IMG/VR virus record: IMGVR_UViG_3300016670_000033
Span: 1-44,665 of that record
Direction: 5' to 3' (one strand)
Origin: a virus
Taxonomy: Duplodnaviria > Caudoviricetes
Length of the DNA stretch: 44,665 nucleotides
The notes under the pieces were generated by a model. That model was not told the DNA's origin, made no database searches, and worked only from the letters and a program-made list of their open reading frames with translations. Both the position numbers and the translations under genes were made by a program. Of the stretch, positions 25,023 to 34,121 are shown piece after piece. Position 1 is the first letter of the stretch. The number at the start of each line of letters is the position of its first letter.

Positions 25023-26338
25023 TATTGTGGATTCCAAGAAATAACAACTTGACCCCCAGAAGCTCCTACTGTAATTGGATAAGGTGCACCAGGGGTTACA
25101 GGTCTACAGTTAAATGTAGAGGGGTTTGCTGCTGAACCAGGATTGCCTGCACCACCAGAACCACCTGGGTTACCTGCGCCGCCATTACCCCCTGAGTTAC
25201 CAGCATTCCCCCTACCACCACCAGGACCGCCTTGGCCTGTATTTGTATTCATCAGAGCGCTTCCGCCACCACCGGCTCTAGGGCTATTTGCGTCACCCCC
25301 ACGGAGACAGTAGAAAGGTCGTCCGCAACCAGTTCCTCGCCCCCCGCCAGGATTTCCTCCACATCTACCGGAGCCAGGATTGCAAGCACCAGCACCCCCG
25401 CCGCCATACATGGCATTATATGGGGGGGAACCTGAAATGGGATAACACGCACTGGGGTAGCCTATATTACTTGGTCTGGGATTTCCGTTAGGGGGACCAG
25501 CGCCTTGTGCACCACCTCCAGGATTTGGCGGTCCAAGACCACCTGCGAAAATCCTGACGTTTGTAGCATTGCAAGCATCAGTCTGGACCACTATACAAGA
25601 TCTATTACCCCCAACACCTCCAGATCCCGCATTACCTGCAGCTCCCCCTGTCCCACCATTACCAGCGGCGCCAGCTGACCCGCCGTTACCAGCTGCCCCA
25701 CCTGCAAAATTTAACCCCAAAGCAGACGAGGATGCCCCGGCATTGCCAGCACTTCCCGCATTTCCGGCAGAACCGGGGTTTCCAGAGGACCCAGTTGACC
25801 CAGAATTTCCAGGTGATCCACTTGATCCAAGATTGTAAAATTTAGCTATTCTAGCCCTAACACTACTAACACAATTAATTGGTCCAGCCGCTCCGCACAG
25901 CGGCCCTTGAGCAAATGGGCCACATCGAGTAGTAAAGAAAATGTCAGGTGTACTTATATTAGAAAACCCACCTTGTGCCCCACCGCCACCTGAGCCACCT
26001 TTTATATTATTACCACTTGTGCCAACCCCACCATTCCTAAGATAGTATCTGTAACATGGAGTTCGTGTCGGATTTATATCACCAGTAGCTGAAAACGACC
26101 CCATACCAGGACCCCCACCACCACCACCTCCACCGTTTCCGGCATTACCAGCACCGCCAGGGTTTCCAGAGGTTCCAGGATTACCGGGGTTGCCCGCATT
26201 ACCGGCCCCACCTCTTCCGGTTACGTTAACTTTTGTAACCCCCGGAGGGACAACAAAGGTTCCAGGGGAGTTAAACGTCTGGGTTCCACCAGGCACTTGG
26301 CCGCCGAGCGTTCCAATTTTTGATGAGCCAATAGGCAT
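25022..26338 (-). CDS. Gly/Cys-rich adhesin-like tail protein with G-X-Y tracts
   Basis: QTFNSPGTFVVPPGVTKVNVTGRGGAG N-terminus and GASGGQVVISW C-terminus typical of phage glycine-rich domains; three G-N/S-P/A triplet tracts; 12 Cys. Confidence 0.75.
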   Translation of the reverse strand: MPIGSSKIGTLGGQVPGGTQTFNSPGTFVVPPGVTKVNVTGRGGAGNAGNPGNPGTSGNPGGAGNAGNGGGGGGGGPGMGSFSATGDINPTRTPCYRYYLRNGGVGTSGNNIKGGSGGGGAQGGFSNISTPDIFFTTRCGPFAQGPLCGAAGPINCVSSVRARIAKFYNLGSSGSPGNSGSTGSSGNPGSAGNAGSAGNAGASSSALGLNFAGGAAGNGGSAGAAGNGGTGGAAGNAGSGGVGGNRSCIVVQTDACNATNVRIFAGGLGPPNPGGGAQGAGPPNGNPRPSNIGYPSACYPISGSPPYNAMYGGGGAGACNPGSGRCGGNPGGGRGTGCGRPFYCLRGGDANSPRAGGGGSALMNTNTGQGGPGGGRGNAGNSGGNGGAGNPGGSGGAGNPGSAANPSTFNCRPVTPGAPYPITVGASGGQVVISWNPQ

Positions 26339-26347
26339 TCTATGCTC

Positions 26348-26923
26348 CTAACCCCGTACGGGGTACGCTAAATAGGGTCGTTTATCAAACTTATACTCAG
26401 CGTTTGGGCCATTCTGATCAACATAGTGCAGCATGAACTGGACGTTGATCTCCGTGTTCTCCATCGGATGGCGCCAATGTTTAACGATACAGCCTTTATA
26501 CACCACCGCATCTCCAGGCGCAAGCTCAACCGCAGTCGGCTGCTGACCAGGACTTTCCATATAGATCTTCCAGGGTTCACCAACAGTAGCAACGTGACAG
26601 GTCACCGACACTTCGCACGACGGACGATCAGTGTGTGGTTTGAGCTGATCTCCCTTCATGTAAACACGTGTATACGAATACGTCGGGGAAAGCTGCAACC
26701 CGGTCACCTCTTCTACGTGCGTCGTTGAATTCTCAAGAACTGTTTCTATAAGCGGATCTGCATACCAGCAAAAACGACTTACTTTCTCAGGGTCATTTGA
26801 ATTTTCGTTTATTTCTGGGTGCCGCTTTATTTTGTTTTCAAGGTACTTAGAAACAGACCTAACGCTGTCAGGATCTAAAAATCCACGGACCACAACATAA
26901 TTTTTTTCTTGAAATTCAGTCAT
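26348..26923 (-). CDS. 2OG-Fe(II) oxygenase-like protein
   Basis: PTYSYTRVY...LKPHTDRPSCEVS (HxD)...GDAVVYKG...HWR. Confidence 0.8.
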   Translation of the reverse strand: MTEFQEKNYVVVRGFLDPDSVRSVSKYLENKIKRHPEINENSNDPEKVSRFCWYADPLIETVLENSTTHVEEVTGLQLSPTYSYTRVYMKGDQLKPHTDRPSCEVSVTCHVATVGEPWKIYMESPGQQPTAVELAPGDAVVYKGCIVKHWRHPMENTEINVQFMLHYVDQNGPNAEYKFDKRPYLAYPVRG

Positions 26924-27512
26924 AATAAAACCATCCGGTTACAATGTATTTTGCAGCGTCGCCGTAGACAGGATTTCCTCGGTGAGCATGGGTATAAGAA
27001 GCTGGCCAAAGAATCATAGTATTTTCTGTTGGGTTGTACCTTTTTTGCTGGTACAAAAATTCTGTTTCGCCACAGTTCTCTGGGAAAATGGTATTTAAAT
27101 AAAGCATGTAAACAAGAACTCTATTCGCATGCTGTCCATGACCCTGCTCCGAGTGCCACACATGGTAGCCACCACCGGAAGAAGTGCGTTGCATTTTCAT
27201 CACTGTTGCACGTACTTTTCCACTTGAGAGTACAGAAAATTTTTCAGAGTAGTTTTCATAGCAAACCTGAAGACCATCAAAAAATAAATCTATAGAATTT
27301 TTTTCCTCAAAAGGCTCTACCTCGTGGTTTTTAATATTTAAACCAATTTGATAATCATTTTTAATGTGCGCTTTGGCGCCCTCTCCCCTTTGCCTATTAA
27401 TACCTGCGCCATTTTTTTCCAACCTTTCAAACTCATTAATCAAGTGCTGGCAGTATCCCTCAGGATACACATTTTTGTAGATACCAATAAAGTCGTCGTA
27501 TTTGATGTTCAT
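26916..27512 (-). CDS. 2OG-Fe(II) oxygenase (prolyl-hydroxylase-like, HxE type)
   Basis: Start revised to MNIKYDD (ATGA overlap); YHVWHSE, YLN...GETEF, WPASYTHAHRGNP, KYIVTGW. Confidence 0.85.
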   Translation of the reverse strand: MNIKYDDFIGIYKNVYPEGYCQHLINEFERLEKNGAGINRQRGEGAKAHIKNDYQIGLNIKNHEVEPFEEKNSIDLFFDGLQVCYENYSEKFSVLSSGKVRATVMKMQRTSSGGGYHVWHSEQGHGQHANRVLVYMLYLNTIFPENCGETEFLYQQKRYNPTENTMILWPASYTHAHRGNPVYGDAAKYIVTGWFYYD

Positions 27513-28102
27513 TTGAATGCAGGCCCCGTAATCCAAGCAACAAGAGATTGGCGATTGCCCTGAGTTACAGGGGTCACCTGGTGAAGAGTCCACGAAGGAA
27601 ACGCAACTATGAGCCCCCTCTGTTTCTTCATTTTTACAACTTCTTTACCGTGCGGCATAAGTTCTAAATTACCACCCTCATATTCTGATGGATCACTGAG
27701 CTGGAGAACAATTGATAGCTTGCGCGACGGGGAGGTTGTGTTCATTCCAAAATCTACATGCCAGCCATACATTCCATGCTCAGAAGAATTATAATTTGTA
27801 AGCTGTATTGCCTCCCCAAACCCCGTTAAATCAAATCGAAAAAACTGGGAGTTCATGGACGAGACAACATGGGCTAGGCGATCAAACACCCACTGTGTCT
27901 CTTGTGTATTTGATAGCCAATTAAGATCGGAGCGTCTGATTTCAGGTGCGACTACACCCCCAACGCCACCTCCGACCTGAGCCTTTTGATTTGCTTCTTT
28001 AGCCCGTTGTTGCATCCAATTTAATTCATCATTGCTAAAAGCATTTTCCCACCAAGCAAAAGGTTCTTGCCCAGTAGAATAAGGTGTCAGCACATATTGC
28101 AC
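27509..28102 (-). CDS. 2OG-Fe(II) oxygenase (PKHD/P4H-like)
   Basis: YGWHVD, RKLSIVLQLSDPSEYEGGNL, FPSWTLHQVTPVTQGNRQSLVAW. Confidence 0.9.
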   Translation of the reverse strand: MQYVLTPYSTGQEPFAWWENAFSNDELNWMQQRAKEANQKAQVGGGVGGVVAPEIRRSDLNWLSNTQETQWVFDRLAHVVSSMNSQFFRFDLTGFGEAIQLTNYNSSEHGMYGWHVDFGMNTTSPSRKLSIVLQLSDPSEYEGGNLELMPHGKEVVKMKKQRGLIVAFPSWTLHQVTPVTQGNRQSLVAWITGPAFK

Positions 28103-28689
28103 TGTTGTTTGTCCTTTGCGGAAATGGTGAAGTGAATAAACTTTGCTGGTTTGTCAGACTGACTCATCTGAAAACGGTGAGGTAGCCAAGAGTTAGCCAC
28201 AAGTAAAGATCCGGGCGCAACATTGTTAAAATGAATTCCTGGCGTGGCGACATATACATTCTCAAAATCCCTCATCGGCAGATCGCACATAAGTTTGGCG
28301 GGCCGTGGGTCTTCAAAGATTGGATACGGTCCACCCTCTGGAGTTTCTAAAAAATAGAACCCAGACATCAGTGTATTGCCATGAACATGAAGCAGGTTTG
28401 ATCCATAACAACCAAACTCTTGGCCCCACATGGACGACGTATAAAAGTCGTGTAGATCGGTGCGGTAACCCTGGTTAAACAGGATCTCTAAGCACGTATC
28501 GCGGAAGTAATTTGAAAGAAAAGAAAGCTCTGGGTCGGCTGTCAAGTTGTACGTCTGAACCACTACGCTGGGACCAAACTCTTCCCTAGACTTATCGTAG
28601 TGCTTCTGCGTAACTGCTAAAACTTGATCAACCCACCCAGGCAGTTCAGCCCGATACACAGGGCAGCTAAAGTAGTGAAATTCGTTCAC
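28087..28689 (-). CDS. putative 2OG-Fe(II) oxygenase (HxH type, TIGR02466-like)
   Basis: W...NLLHVHGN..MSGFYFL, FEDPRP, SWLPH. Confidence 0.8.
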   Translation of the reverse strand: MNEFHYFSCPVYRAELPGWVDQVLAVTQKHYDKSREEFGPSVVVQTYNLTADPELSFLSNYFRDTCLEILFNQGYRTDLHDFYTSSMWGQEFGCYGSNLLHVHGNTLMSGFYFLETPEGGPYPIFEDPRPAKLMCDLPMRDFENVYVATPGIHFNNVAPGSLLVANSWLPHRFQMSQSDKPAKFIHFTISAKDKQQCNMC

Positions 28690-28955
28690 TGACCGTTGAT
28701 ATGCGTCTCAAGAGCTGTTGCAAAAGAAACAATGTCAGAAGCCGAAATATCACGCTCATCAACAGGCTTAGAGCGAGCGGACTCAATCAATGTCTCTTTG
28801 GCAAGACGTACAGCCTCAAGACGAGCACGGCGCTGTTCCATAGCCAATTCATGTGCGTAGCGAGCAGAGTCAATAGCAGCCTGGCTCTCGCGCTGAATAG
28901 CCGTAGTAAGTTGTTGCATTTCCAACGCTTGTTCTTGCTCAGGGGTCAAAGCCAT
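28686..28955 (-). CDS. small helical hypothetical protein
   Basis: 89 aa; RARLEAVRLAKETLIE...DIVSFA. Confidence 0.7.
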   Translation of the reverse strand: MALTPEQEQALEMQQLTTAIQRESQAAIDSARYAHELAMEQRRARLEAVRLAKETLIESARSKPVDERDISASDIVSFATALETHINGQ

Positions 28956-28967
28956 TTTAATTACTCC

Positions 28968-30008
28968 TTAGGAAATAGTGCCCGTAGCCAGGGCCTTCAT
29001 GGGGATTGAAACGTACCAAGTGGTGCCCCCGTCGGGGCTGAAGAAAAACCAAATGTCGATTGCATTGGCTGTGGTCGTCCGGGAAAGCGCTCCGTTGGGG
29101 AACTTAAACGTACCGCCGGATAGTGCCACAGATCGTCCAGGTGTGCCATCGTTTGTCAGGATAAGCGTGAAAGATGTTGCGCGAGAAGCGGTTCCGTTTG
29201 CACTGGCCAGCGTAAATGTGCAGCCGCCGGTCAGAGTACAAGTAAACACCGTTCCGTTGGTTGCCGTGATGGTGGTCGATGTGCCAGAGTTACCAAGATC
29301 GAAGACCCGGTCTGAGAAGATTCCCGAAAGCCAGGTGGCAGTTACAACCTCACCCGTACCCTTAGGGGTCATCGTCAGACTGACGTTCGTATTCGAACCA
29401 CCAGCGGCCAGCGTAGTTCCAGAAAGCGTAGCTTTAGCTGCGGCAACATTGGTATCAAACGTAGTGGCGTTTACCGTAGTTGCGTTGACCGTTGTGATGT
29501 TTCCAGTCGTGGCCGTAGCAGTAGTAAACGTACCGGCAGCTGCGTTGTTTCCACCGATTGTGGCTCCGTCGATCGTTCCGCCATTTATATCTACGTAATC
29601 AAAAGCGTAGACGACGTTTGTACCATCAGCGTAGACATGCACCTTCCTGCCGCTAGGGATCGTTACCCCAGTACCGGCTGAAGTTTTAATAACGATACTT
29701 TGGCCACCGGTTGTGTTGTTCTCGACCAAATACTGCTTCTCGATGGTCGGCACAATCAGATTACGGGTAGTGGTAAGGCTTACAGCGGAAGTAACGTTCA
29801 GGATAAGGTTACGGAACACCTGCGTCGTATTTGCATCCGAGTACCCAAGAGTTAAGTCAGCATCTGATGGGAACTGAGCTACTGCACGCCCGGTGATGGC
29901 CTCTTCTAACGCGGTACCCAAGTTGGTGTTGGTGGTCGCGCCCCAGGTTCCGACCTGCTCACCGGTACCGATGAGTTCAATCTTCAGGGCTGAATACGTT
30001 GATGCCAT
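28968..30008 (-). CDS. tail fibre protein
   Basis: MASTYS.LKIELIGTGEQVGTWGATTNTN tail-attachment N-terminus, INGGTIDGATIGG..AAGTFTT shaft repeat, C-terminal SFTLILT...FFSPDGGTTWY knob. Confidence 0.8.
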   Translation of the reverse strand: MASTYSALKIELIGTGEQVGTWGATTNTNLGTALEEAITGRAVAQFPSDADLTLGYSDANTTQVFRNLILNVTSAVSLTTTRNLIVPTIEKQYLVENNTTGGQSIVIKTSAGTGVTIPSGRKVHVYADGTNVVYAFDYVDINGGTIDGATIGGNNAAAGTFTTATATTGNITTVNATTVNATTFDTNVAAAKATLSGTTLAAGGSNTNVSLTMTPKGTGEVVTATWLSGIFSDRVFDLGNSGTSTTITATNGTVFTCTLTGGCTFTLASANGTASRATSFTLILTNDGTPGRSVALSGGTFKFPNGALSRTTTANAIDIWFFFSPDGGTTWYVSIPMKALATGTIS

Positions 30009-30017
30009 TTCTTACTC

Positions 30018-31100
30018 CTAAGTCTGTGTTGGGACGACCTGCCAATTATCATCGTCGTAGGTGTTTATGATTTCCCACAACAACCTACAAGCAAAAGTGT
30101 CAGCTGCATCGACGCGCTCTAAAATGCTTGAATTAAATACCACAATCGCCGTGTTTTCTGCCAGAGCGGTTGCCCCTTCTAGCACAGAAATGTTCAATGT
30201 AGCTATTGTAGTTAGGACATCAGCGGCAGTCGCTCCTTCAGCAATAGACGCCGGAACTAAGAGCACAATAGCGGAAACTTCTTCAGCTCCTGTGGCTGAT
30301 TCTACAACAGCACTTCCAAAAATGACACCGGAAGAAGTTACAGCGGTAACAGTAGCCCCTTCTGCAATCACATTGCCAGGTATGAAGGCCGCAGAGACGG
30401 TATCTGCCCCATTAGCAATTTCAGCAATTGCGGCATTAATAGAGAAGTTTGCCGATGCTTGCATGCCTCCAAGAGCGCCCTCAACAATTGAGCAGGCCAA
30501 ATCTTGGAGTACGGAAACTTGATCCGCTGCATTAGCAGCTTCAAGAACAGCGGCAGGTAGATCAGCGGTAGAAGAAGGAGATGCCGCAACCTGAACCCCA
30601 CCATTGCCGTAACCCCAACCACCTAATCCATAACCACCCTTACCAAAGCCAATCGTGCTGATCAGAGCTTCGTAAGGATAACCACCACGCCACGCGGCGT
30701 TAATATTTGTAGCCTCAAGTACAGAAGCACCAATATTGAAAATGGATGCAGTAAGGTCTGCGGCAGTGCTTGCCTCAGCAATGACCGAACCGACCTGATA
30801 CCCGCCATTAGCCGTTTCCGCCCCGGTACTTGCCTCTAAAATTGACCCGACGAATATAGTGCCAGACGCTATCAAATCAGCAGCGGTGCCAGCTTCTACA
30901 ATCCCAGCCGTAAAGTTGTTACCAGAAGAGTCTATAAGATCAGCGGCTGTACCCGTTTGTACAACAAAAGCAGAAAAGACGGCAAGTGCAGACACGAGTT
31001 CTGACGCTGAACCGTCCTCTAAAATCTCACGGACATAAGCAGAACCTCCCCAAGAGGAGGCTCCGTACGGCCCAGAACTCCAACCGCTGATGTCCGACAT
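30018..31100 (-). CDS. repetitive Ala-rich virion protein
   Basis: About 19-20-aa repeats ending in E.a.aAD/E; aromatic-Gly motifs WSSGPYGASSWGG and GFGKGGYGLGGWG. Confidence 0.7.
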   Translation of the reverse strand: MSDISGWSSGPYGASSWGGSAYVREILEDGSASELVSALAVFSAFVVQTGTAADLIDSSGNNFTAGIVEAGTAADLIASGTIFVGSILEASTGAETANGGYQVGSVIAEASTAADLTASIFNIGASVLEATNINAAWRGGYPYEALISTIGFGKGGYGLGGWGYGNGGVQVAASPSSTADLPAAVLEAANAADQVSVLQDLACSIVEGALGGMQASANFSINAAIAEIANGADTVSAAFIPGNVIAEGATVTAVTSSGVIFGSAVVESATGAEEVSAIVLLVPASIAEGATAADVLTTIATLNISVLEGATALAENTAIVVFNSSILERVDAADTFACRLLWEIINTYDDDNWQVVPTQT

Positions 31101-31103
31101 TTA

Positions 31104-31283
31104 CTAAGCAGCTACAAGCTCGTCTTCCGCAAACCAACGCTGATGCTTGATGCCATCATCGTTAGTCCATTCAACCAAGTAGAAAAAATTTCCGTCTTCA
31201 TCCATACGGAGTTTGACTACCGGGCCTTGCGGAACAGCTTTGTTCAGACGAACAATCTGGTCTTTTTGAAATTGCGTAGCCAT
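31104..31283 (-). CDS. small beta-barrel-like hypothetical protein (59 aa, not in the ORF track)
   Basis: Manual translation MATQFQKDQIVRLNKAVPQGPVVKLRMDEDGNFFYLVEWTNDDGIKHQRWFAEDELVAA; AGGAG RBS; fills the gap exactly. Confidence 0.75.
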   Translation of the reverse strand: MATQFQKDQIVRLNKAVPQGPVVKLRMDEDGNFFYLVEWTNDDGIKHQRWFAEDELVAA

Positions 31284-31293
31284 TATCTACTCC

Positions 31294-31887
31294 TTATGCG
31301 TCAGTAAGGCTGAACTGATAAGTCACGTTCAGAGTGTCACCGTTAACCACAGAACGATCACCAGGAGCTTCAAACGCGGCAACAGAGAAAAGAACGCCAG
31401 TATTAGAGGAGTTACTTTGAGTGGCGGTCAAAAATGCGCCGTCAATCGTAACCGTCCCCGTAATGCTGAAGGAAGCCACAGTACCGCCAGTACCAGTGGT
31501 GTTTGCAATAACAGAAGGGTTAGCCGTAGTAGCCGTACCAAAGGTCGCCGTTGCGCGATTAGAGCCAGAGTAGGCAGTGGTCTCAGTCCAGCCAGCGTGC
31601 GAAGCCATGGTATCAGTAACACTGTAAGAAGGTGTTGGGCTGTTGTTAACTAGGCCGATATACCAGGCGGCGGTATAGCTGGAGCCCAAGAAATACTTGG
31701 TGTTCATGTCCTGACGGCCTTGGTTGGTCGTAAGATTTTTAGCCTCATCACGCCATTTAAGGTTGCCGTCTTTGTCGTAAGCCTCAAACACAAACACGCC
31801 ACCACCGGTTGCGCCTTCGTCAAACCCTGAAATCCGCGTAACAGTGCTGGTCACCTTATCGGTACCTTTTGCTTTAAGTTCCATCAT
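31294..31887 (-). CDS. virion tail protein
   Basis: LKWRDEAKNLTTNQG, WYIGL, RSVVNGDTLNVTYQF; AGGAG RBS. Confidence 0.7.
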   Translation of the reverse strand: MMELKAKGTDKVTSTVTRISGFDEGATGGGVFVFEAYDKDGNLKWRDEAKNLTTNQGRQDMNTKYFLGSSYTAAWYIGLVNNSPTPSYSVTDTMASHAGWTETTAYSGSNRATATFGTATTANPSVIANTTGTGGTVASFSITGTVTIDGAFLTATQSNSSNTGVLFSVAAFEAPGDRSVVNGDTLNVTYQFSLTDA

Positions 31888-31893
31888 ATACTC

Positions 31894-32310
31894 CTATGCG
31901 AGTCGAATAAGTGCCGATGTGCTGCTTGCGGCGGGGAATTGCACAGTGAACGTCGTAGTTGACGTCCTATCTGCACCGAAGTCTAAAACACAAATTGCGG
32001 GATTGGTAGTCCCGTTGTACTTATAAATGAGCGCCCCGCGAGCGGTAAACGCCCCAGACCAAGACGTGTTGTTGAAGTTAACGAACGACGTGCCAGCTGT
32101 AGCCCCTACCGTAGCAGTAAGCGTATTGCCACCCGCCGTATAACCCGAAGCCACAACCTCACCAGTCGTCGTGTACGCAGTCGTGGAGGCAGTGAGCGAA
32201 GCGTCGTTGGTGTATAGGGCGATCTTAAAAGTATCCGCGCTAAAATCCACGTCGCCATTCAAAAGCTCCGTCTTAAAGGAGTTGCAGGTGTAGTTTCCGG
32301 TAAAGGCCAT
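31894..32310 (-). CDS. virion tail protein
   Basis: CNSFKTELL, FKIALYT, GYTAGG, TARGALIY, VLDFGAD motifs common in podophage tail modules. Confidence 0.75.
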   Translation of the reverse strand: MAFTGNYTCNSFKTELLNGDVDFSADTFKIALYTNDASLTASTTAYTTTGEVVASGYTAGGNTLTATVGATAGTSFVNFNNTSWSGAFTARGALIYKYNGTTNPAICVLDFGADRTSTTTFTVQFPAASSTSALIRLA

Positions 32311-33051
32311 TTAGTTCACCGTCAACCTTACTTGGCCAGAACGGTACGCATCTCTGCGCTCCATGCCATCGCCCAGACGTTTAGCCAGAATCATTGCCTC
32401 TTCGTAACGCTTGTTGTATCCAGCAATCACGTCGGCTTCACCCTTCATAAACGTGTACGCCTCAACCAGTGCGCCATACAGAAGGGCGGAATCAAAGTTA
32501 TCGCCAAGCCAAGTCTGGCCAGAAGCCACCGTAGTGATTGACTGGGGATAATAAAAATAATGCAGTTCCACCGTATACGCAGTTCCAGGCGTAGGAGCCA
32601 AGAAAAATGTAAGTTCGTTTGTGATAACGGGGGGCGTAGCGTTGGTAGTGGCTGGCCCAAACAAAGCGTAGTACTTGGGGATACCCGTAGTTGCTGGATT
32701 AGGATACGCGGCGCGAAGGTAATTCACGTCCTTGTTCAGCAGATACTCGTACTCGCCAGTAGCCGGATTAACCACAGCAATCGAATACGGCGCTAAAAAG
32801 TCTCCAGGACACGTCAAATACATCGCCCGAGGGTCTGATGGGTACCCGTTGGTAAGAGCTGTTACGTTTTTACGGAGAGATGGGAACTGAACTGAGTTGA
32901 AAATCCGTTGCTCAGCCTGCTGAATGAACGTGTCAATCTGCTCTTTACTTGTAAACGTAGCTGTACTAGCACTCGGATCTGAGTACTGAGTAGCGGGGAA
33001 GTCGTTCTCGACGTACCCCTTGATGGTCTCAAACAGCTGCGTGTAGTTCAT
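32311..33051 (-). CDS. tail tubular protein A / head-tail adaptor-like
   Basis: FIQQAEQRI, GIPKYYA, LAPTP, ALLYGALVEAYTFMKG. Confidence 0.75.
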   Translation of the reverse strand: MNYTQLFETIKGYVENDFPATQYSDPSASTATFTSKEQIDTFIQQAEQRIFNSVQFPSLRKNVTALTNGYPSDPRAMYLTCPGDFLAPYSIAVVNPATGEYEYLLNKDVNYLRAAYPNPATTGIPKYYALFGPATTNATPPVITNELTFFLAPTPGTAYTVELHYFYYPQSITTVASGQTWLGDNFDSALLYGALVEAYTFMKGEADVIAGYNKRYEEAMILAKRLGDGMERRDAYRSGQVRLTVN

Positions 33052-33195
33052 TTAGCCAAGCTTCTTAGAAGAGTTTGTGCCCTTCGTAGCTGCGCCCGTA
33101 CCACGCGTCTTAACAGTTTGCGTGTTAGGGATGTTGTTGGGGTAACCGTTCTTGCTGGGAACGATAGGTACATTTTTGGGCATATATGATTGCAT
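33052..33195 (-). CDS. small basic protein (47 aa, not in the ORF track)
   Basis: Manual translation MQSYMPKNVPIVPSKNGYPNNIPNTQTVKTRGTGAATKGTNSSKKLG; AGGAG RBS; fills the gap exactly. Confidence 0.7.
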   Translation of the reverse strand: MQSYMPKNVPIVPSKNGYPNNIPNTQTVKTRGTGAATKGTNSSKKLG

Positions 33196-33204
33196 GACAG
33201 ACTC

Positions 33205-33627
33205 CTAAGTCGTCGCTACTGTTACGGTGCCCAAGGCAATCCCGAGCACCAGATTATTTGGAGTTAAGTCCGTGTCGTAAGCCTGAGCCCCGCCAACAGG
33301 AGCGAATCCCCATTGAATGATTCTACTACCACCAGACTGATCTCCGCTACCCAATGGACCAGATCCTGGATCAATTTGTAGCCCCGTATTACCTGCAACA
33401 ATGTACGTCGTATCCGGCCTAGGATTTCTCAACGCCTGAGGATCATCTACAGGATACATACCGAGCTGGAGCTGCGGCTGATCAGGCTCATAACAAGTAG
33501 GGCAGACAAGGATGTTGGTGTTCTTTGTCTTTATGACAATTTCCTTGAGCTGCTTCAATTTATACCTAAAGCCACATCTGTCGCATTGAGAGATGGCCCA
33601 TTTGCCGGAAGCAAAATTATTGGGCAT
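33205..33627 (-). CDS. Zn-ribbon head-tail region protein
   Basis: CDRCGFRY...VCPTCYEPDQPQL...DPQALRNPRPD. Confidence 0.75.
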   Translation of the reverse strand: MPNNFASGKWAISQCDRCGFRYKLKQLKEIVIKTKNTNILVCPTCYEPDQPQLQLGMYPVDDPQALRNPRPDTTYIVAGNTGLQIDPGSGPLGSGDQSGGSRIIQWGFAPVGGAQAYDTDLTPNNLVLGIALGTVTVATT

Positions 33628-34120
33628 GTAACACCTTGTTTTTCTTCTTGATGTTTTCTACCCCAGGCAAAACCTGCAAATTGTACGGGGTGTGAAGCCC
33701 GGTCACGGTCTCGCCCTGCAATGGAATGATGTGATCCACATGCCAAGAAAACCCAAACATCTTTGTACGAAGGGCCGCTAACTCATACACTTCTTTTATC
33801 ATCCAGCGCTCGTCTTGCGTAAGCCACTTGGGTGTACGCTGTTTTATCACTTTCTTGCGTGCAGCCACAAGAGCATTGATCTTGCCTTTGTTGGCGCGGC
33901 GATAAACTTGTTTCTGAGCAAGCCTGGCGGTTTGGTTGCGCAGGTACTCTTCCTTCTTTCGGTCAAGCAGTGCCTGTCCTAAACGCTCTCTGTAAGCTTT
34001 TTTCTTGGCGTTATCACAAAGTTTGCACGTCCCGCGAACGCCATACGCACCCCTAGCCGCCTGCTTGTAAAACTCAGACACGGGCTTGTTGACCAGACAG
34101 GTTTTGCAAACCTTTTCCAT
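33617..34120 (-). CDS. HNH homing endonuclease with N-terminal CxxC zinc finger
   Basis: CKTC...CKLC; WHVDHIIPLQG....GLHTPYNLQVL...N..KKN. Confidence 0.85.
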   Translation of the reverse strand: MEKVCKTCLVNKPVSEFYKQAARGAYGVRGTCKLCDNAKKKAYRERLGQALLDRKKEEYLRNQTARLAQKQVYRRANKGKINALVAARKKVIKQRTPKWLTQDERWMIKEVYELAALRTKMFGFSWHVDHIIPLQGETVTGLHTPYNLQVLPGVENIKKKNKVLHAQ

Positions 34121-34121
34121 A

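Noticed and set aside
33617-34120. HNH gene as part of a group I intron or intein
   Set aside because: Both flanking genes appear complete with their own start and stop, and there is no non-coding space for an intron core
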